DNA from: Pirellula staleyi DSM 6068
GTDB taxonomy: Bacteria > Planctomycetota > Planctomycetia > Pirellulales > Pirellulaceae
Assembly (NCBI GenBank): GCA_000025185.1
Contig: CP001848.1
Location: forward strand, 2,880,001-2,912,000
DNA length: 32,000 nt
Reading direction: 5' to 3'
Part shown: positions 28,295 to 32,000 of the stretch, piece by piece
Layout of the letters: each line of letters starts with the position of its first letter
How positions within the stretch are numbered: the stretch's first letter is position 1
Notes under the pieces: model-generated
The model's database searches: none
Told to the model about the DNA's origin: nothing
Seen by the model: only the letters and a program-made list of their open reading frames with translations
Program-made: the position numbers and the translations under genes

Positions 28295-29688
28295 ACATCA
28301 TCGAAGCGATTAAGGACGAGAACTTGCTTGGCTCGTTTCTCGGCGCAGATACCGAAAGTTGGTGGAACTGGTTTGCCGCCCTTCGTGTTCTGTATGGATT
28401 GAAGCTGAATCGCAATCGCCGTGGTCTTCTCGCGAGCTGCACGGGGCGAAATCCCCACAAGTTGCCAGACGACGGTTTCAATACAGCACTTTTCCTCACG
28501 GGGCGTCGGTCAGGGAAAAGCCGGATTGCCGCTGTTATCGCATCCTACGAGGCTGCACTTGCTGGCCGCGAGTCTCGACTATCGACTGGCGAGCGGGGCG
28601 TGGTGGCAGTGTGTGCCCCGACAAAGTACCAAGCTCGCGTCGTCAAGGACTACATTCGCGGTTGCTTTACCTCGCCAATGCTAAGCGGAGAAGTCACCCA
28701 GGAAACACAGGAAGGGTTTACCCTCGCCAATGGTGTTCGCATCGCAGTTCTCGCGGGCGACTGGCGAACGATTCGCGGCTATACGCTTCTCGCTGCAATT
28801 GTCGATGAGGCTGCATTTTTCGGATACGACGCCGAAAGCAAAGTCAAAAGCGATACCGAGCTCATCCGAGCGATTAAGCCGGGGCTCGCCACCGTAGGTG
28901 GAAAGCTCATCGCCATCAGCAGTCCTTACGCTCGCAAAGGTTGGTGTTTCAAGACGTACCAACGAAACTTCGGCAACAACGAAGGAAAGACTCTCGTTTG
29001 GAATTGCCCATCGAAAACGATGAATCCAAAGCTGCCGCAAAGCGTGATTGATGAGGCACTCGCGGAAGACCTTGCCTCAGCGAAAGCCGAATACCTCGGA
29101 GAGTTTCGCGACGATGTCAGTTTGTTCCTGCCGCGTGAGGTGGTTGCGAAACTTGTTGTGCCAGGACGCTACGAGCTTTTGCCAAACCAGAAGCATCGCT
29201 ATTTCGGCTTTGCCGACTTGAGCGGCGGGCGTTCGGACGATGCTGCACTTGCGATTGCTCATCGCGAAAGTCGGGTTGTCGTTCTCGATTACCTGAGGGT
29301 GTGGAAAGCCCCATTCAATCCGCAGTTAGTCGTTCTCGAAATGGCTCGCGACTTGAAGCGTTTCGGACTCCCGAGAGTAACAGGCGATAACTACGCCGCC
29401 GAGTTCGTGAACCGAGCCTTCCGAATGGAAGGAATCAACTACTTCAAGAGCGAAAAAGCCAAAAGCGAACTCTATGGCGAACTATTGCCACGCCTTTGCT
29501 CAGGCGAAATCGAGTTGCTCGATAACGAGAAGCTCATTTCCCAAATTGCAGGCCTTGAGCGAAGAACCCGCAGCGGCGGCCGTGACATCATCGACCACCC
29601 GCCGAATGGGCATGACGATCTTGCAAACGCAGTTGCGGGAGTTGCGGAACAGGCTTTCAGAAAACATCTGGTTATCGGTTCTCTCTAG
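28291..29688 (+). CDS. terL: Phage terminase large subunit
   Basis: 465 aa. Deviant Walker A-like LTGRRSGKS, Walker [12 protein letters not shown], and RNaseH-like nuclease residues (FGFADLSGG and a C-terminal [15 protein letters not shown]) typical of TerL. Confidence 0.88.
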   Translation: MNIIEAIKDENLLGSFLGADTESWWNWFAALRVLYGLKLNRNRRGLLASCTGRNPHKLPDDGFNTALFLTGRRSGKSRIAAVIASYEAALAGRESRLSTGERGVVAVCAPTKYQARVVKDYIRGCFTSPMLSGEVTQETQEGFTLANGVRIAVLAGDWRTIRGYTLLAAIVDEAAFFGYDAESKVKSDTELIRAIKPGLATVGGKLIAISSPYARKGWCFKTYQRNFGNNEGKTLVWNCPSKTMNPKLPQSVIDEALAEDLASAKAEYLGEFRDDVSLFLPREVVAKLVVPGRYELLPNQKHRYFGFADLSGGRSDDAALAIAHRESRVVVLDYLRVWKAPFNPQLVVLEMARDLKRFGLPRVTGDNYAAEFVNRAFRMEGINYFKSEKAKSELYGELLPRLCSGEIELLDNEKLISQIAGLERRTRSGGRDIIDHPPNGHDDLANAVAGVAEQAFRKHLVIGSL

Positions 29689-29711
29689 CTTCGAAAGAAA
29701 GGAATGCGACT

Positions 29712-30191
29712 ATGCCAACAGTCAAGGAAACTATCGATGCGTTCGACCGCCAAAACGGGAATGAATGCATTCGAATTGGCGACTGGCTCTATTTCTCCAA
29801 CGGCGCAAAACGTGACGCGAATCCCTACGGCGTTCTGTACGATCCGCCTTCCGATGAATTCCTGCGGTTGAAACATATCGAGATGTACCGCGAGGAACTT
29901 TTGCGAAGGGCAATCAATGCTCTGGAGCGGCAGCGGGAAAACTTTCTCGCGGAAATCAGTTTCGCGGTTAACCACGGCTATCACCCGCCCTACTCGCAAG
30001 AGGACGTAAAGCAGGAACTTGAACCGCTTATCAAGGAAGTTCGTCGCCTTCAGCGACACTTGCGAGAAATTCAGCGGAAACTTGAAGCGATGCCCAGCGA
30101 AGTTGAGAAACGACACGCCGAAGCGTCGCGAGCTTTCAACCGCAGTCAGGGCGAAAGTGTGCTTGCCGTTCTTCGGTCAATCAAAATTTAG
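29712..30191 (+). CDS. Hypothetical phage-module protein (helical/coiled-coil C-terminus)
   Basis: 159 aa. ATG at 29712 follows a purine-rich GAAAGAAAGGAA stretch. It lies between terL and the DUF2213-like gene and is far too small to be a portal. Confidence 0.55.
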   Translation: MPTVKETIDAFDRQNGNECIRIGDWLYFSNGAKRDANPYGVLYDPPSDEFLRLKHIEMYREELLRRAINALERQRENFLAEISFAVNHGYHPPYSQEDVKQELEPLIKEVRRLQRHLREIQRKLEAMPSEVEKRHAEASRAFNRSQGESVLAVLRSIKI

Positions 30192-30230
30192 TCATCCCCC
30201 GTGGAACCGTTTTGGCGAAGAGGTATTGCC

Positions 30231-31064
30231 ATGAGTTTGCAGAATCTAACTTTCAACCTGGGTGGTCGTATTCGGTACGAAACACTTGAAGGACGCGACC
30301 ACATTGTGGTGCCAACGGTGATGATCGTCGAAGGCGTTTTGGCGGGGAACAGTGGCCCTCTGATGTATCCGGCTGCAGAACTCGCAGCAGCGCCTCAGGT
30401 CTGGAACCACAAGCCCATCGTGATTGGTCATCCAAGCGAAGGAACTGCCTGCCTTCCTCACGTTCTCAACAATCGGAAGGTCGGAATCATCCTCAACACT
30501 CGTTGGGATGCACCGAAGCTAAGAACCGAGGCGTGGATTGACGTAAAGCGGTGCGATGGACTGGACAAAAGCATCATCGACAAGTTGCAGAGATTGGAAA
30601 AAATCGAGGTTTCAACCGGACTCTACACCGAGAACGAGCCTTCGCCTGGCGTTTGGAACGGAAAGAAGTACGAGGCGATTGCCAGAAACTATCGTCCCGA
30701 CCACCTCGCGATCCTCACCAATCAGGTTGGTGCCTGTTCGATTGCGGATGGGGCAGGAATGCTTCAACTCAACAGCGAAGATGGCACGTTATCGCGTCGG
30801 CAGATCAATGCAGCGTTACAGCTTTTCGACCAATACGACCGCATGATGAATGGTCCACCCGTATTCCTTCCCGAGATCATGCAAGCGATTCGCCGGGATC
30901 CCTATACGTATCTGACGGGCGGGCTGTCAGCAATCGAAGTGGCGAATGCAGATGCACCGGAGCTATATGAAGCGCCCCGGCTCGAATTCGAAAACCCGCT
31001 TTCTCGAGGTCAGTCGTCTTCCGCATCAGATTTTGCGGATATTGACTTCGAGGAGGTGAATTAG
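30231..31064 (+). CDS. DUF2213-like phage protein (putative prohead protease/scaffold-type)
   Basis: ATG 30231 lies 7 nt after GAAGAGG; the ORF track's GTG at 30201 is an alternative start. It is 277 aa. NHKPIVIGHP and YRPDHLAILTNQVGACSIADGAG resemble the DUF2213 conserved blocks as I recall them. The C-terminus is acidic. Confidence 0.45.
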   Translation: MSLQNLTFNLGGRIRYETLEGRDHIVVPTVMIVEGVLAGNSGPLMYPAAELAAAPQVWNHKPIVIGHPSEGTACLPHVLNNRKVGIILNTRWDAPKLRTEAWIDVKRCDGLDKSIIDKLQRLEKIEVSTGLYTENEPSPGVWNGKKYEAIARNYRPDHLAILTNQVGACSIADGAGMLQLNSEDGTLSRRQINAALQLFDQYDRMMNGPPVFLPEIMQAIRRDPYTYLTGGLSAIEVANADAPELYEAPRLEFENPLSRGQSSSASDFADIDFEEVN

Positions 31065-31190
31065 GAAGGGCTTCAGACCGCTTCTGCGAGCGTTTCTGCA
31101 ATCTAGCGACGCGAGAGCAGGAGAGAGCCATTCCTGAGGGCTCTGCGAGGGTTTAATCGCGAATCACCTGGACGTATAACGAATCACTCG

Positions 31191-31273
31191 GGCGGCACTG
31201 CTAGGAAGTCATGAGCCTAGCAGGGCAAACAATCCCCTAGCCGGGTTTGCCAGCCGCCTTTTTTCTTTCTTTG
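31191..31273 (+). other. Three-way-junction structure followed by a T-tract (complex terminator, small RNA 3' end or recombinase site)
   Basis: The outer stem is GGCGGC (31191-31196) with GCCGCC (31253-31258). It encloses hairpin 1, CTGCTAGG-10 nt-CCTAGCAG (31198-31223), and hairpin 2, GGCAAAC-14 nt-GTTTGCC (31224-31251). TTTTTTCTTTCTTT (31259-31272) follows directly. Confidence 0.4.
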
Positions 31274-31300
31274 AATCGGCTAGGGAAAGGCTAGGAAATC

Positions 31301-32000
31301 ATGGCAAATGCGAATGGCATCAAGCGTCTGTCCAATAGTAGGTTTGACGTCGTTTTTATACGTAAGAGCACGCAAAGCCAAGACGTAACAGGGCAAATTG
31401 CAAATGTCGAAAATATGCTTGCCGAAAAGAGCCTTGTGATCCCTAAGGAGCGGTGGTTCGTCTGCACAGTGACACGGGCTAAGGTTCGTTCTAACCCTGA
31501 CTTCCAAAAACTAATGGAGCTTATTTCGGAAGGAAGAGTTGGGACGGTATACATTGAGTCGCAAGACAGATGGGGAACAGGACACCTCAGAGAACTGTAC
31601 ATACTCCTCGAGTTGCTTTCGGAACATGGCACTGGACTGTATGACCTTCGGGGCAAGCTTGATCTTACGGAGGAAGATGACCTCACTGAAATGCAAACGT
31701 TCCTGGGCGGAATTCGTTCTAAGAAAGAGCGTAAGGATATTTCCTACCGCTCGCTAAGAACACGACTAAATAACTTCCGTGAAACGGGGACTTGGCCGAC
31801 AGGAACACATCCTTTTGGATACGGCAAGCGATGCTACAGCCCTAGCGGAAAAATACTGTGGGAGTGGCAGCCGGTAAGTCGATCTCGTGGTCAGGTTTTC
31901 TATCCAAGCAAATCGGGAAAGAAATTGATAGCCGGCCAGGAGAATGTTCGTATCCCGTCCAAGGGCAAGTTGGACAAGAGTGCATCGTCGCGTGATCGAA
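31301..32000 (+). CDS. Large serine recombinase (integrase-type), N-terminal part; continues beyond the window
   Basis: This ORF is absent from the ORF track because it has no stop in the window. I translated it by hand from the ATG at 31301: MANANGIKRLSNSRFDVVFIRKSTQSQD... (catalytic Ser block), TVYIESQDRWGTG (DR block), then ISYRSLRTRLNNFRETGTWPTGTHPFGY (the start of the 'recombinase' domain typical of large serine recombinases). Confidence 0.85.
   Translation, partial: MANANGIKRLSNSRFDVVFIRKSTQSQDVTGQIANVENMLAEKSLVIPKERWFVCTVTRAKVRSNPDFQKLMELISEGRVGTVYIESQDRWGTGHLRELYILLELLSEHGTGLYDLRGKLDLTEEDDLTEMQTFLGGIRSKKERKDISYRSLRTRLNNFRETGTWPTGTHPFGYGKRCYSPSGKILWEWQPVSRSRGQVFYPSKSGKKLIAGQENVRIPSKGKLDKSASSRDR

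Larger units (their letters stand above)
22063..32000. mobile_element. Mosaic accessory region: three serine-recombinase genes, a low-GC cargo block and a partial phage packaging module. The right end is not in the window.
   Basis: Gene content changes abruptly after nfo. Serine recombinase signatures occur at 22198-22890, 27157-27843 and 31301->32000, and a phage terminase at 28291-29688. Spot GC of single 60-nt lines is 33% (24421-24480), 35% (25261-25320) and 45% (25081-25140), against 58% (601-660) and 55% (8041-8100) in the core. No flanking att repeat could be established. Confidence 0.6.

Noticed and set aside
1-32000. Search for tRNA, rRNA, CRISPR arrays, reverse transcriptase/retron or DGR features
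   Set aside because: I saw no T-loop-like GGTTCGA motif in a cloverleaf context, no regularly spaced 25-40-nt repeats and no RT (YxDD) ORF by eye. This was a manual scan only, so small RNAs could have been missed.

Overview
This is a high-GC chromosomal window, about 55-60% GC on spot counts of single 60-nt lines. It is most likely from a Planctomycetota genome, judged from two paralogous PSCyt/PSD (DUF1549/DUF1553) and DUF1501 gene pairs, a secreted FGE-sulfatase-fold protein and Tat-type leaders. Positions 1-22060 look like ordinary core genome: a redoxin-like gene fragment, aroE, pdxJ, the first PSD1/DUF1501 pair, a PrkA-YeaH(DUF444)-SpoVR stress operon with an unannotated fourth gene, a DEDDh exonuclease, the second PSCyt/DUF1501 pair (this one carries a fucolectin/F5-8 type C insert), an FGE-like protein, an orphan FliN-like protein and nfo. 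From about 22063 to the window end the character changes to a mosaic, compositionally patchy accessory region. It contains three serine-recombinase genes (22198, 27157 and 31301, the last running off the window). Between them lie a cargo block and an incomplete phage packaging module (putative TerS, TerL, a small protein and a DUF2213-like protein, but no portal or capsid gene). The cargo block is the best candidate for an undescribed system. It holds a HEPN-motif protein (RNRVAH), a 306-aa helical protein with no motif I recognise, and on the opposite strand a 486-aa protein fusing a phosphoribosyltransferase PRPP-loop domain to a TOPRIM (E...DxD, DUF4435/OLD-like) domain. The last two genes lie in the lowest-GC stretch of the window (33-45% on spot counts). 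The non-coding regions next to the recombinase genes are dense in inverted and direct repeats, including a well-formed three-way-junction structure followed by a T-tract at 31191-31273. All domain calls come from motifs read by eye. No database search, HMM scan or folding calculation was run. I saw no tRNA, rRNA or CRISPR array.
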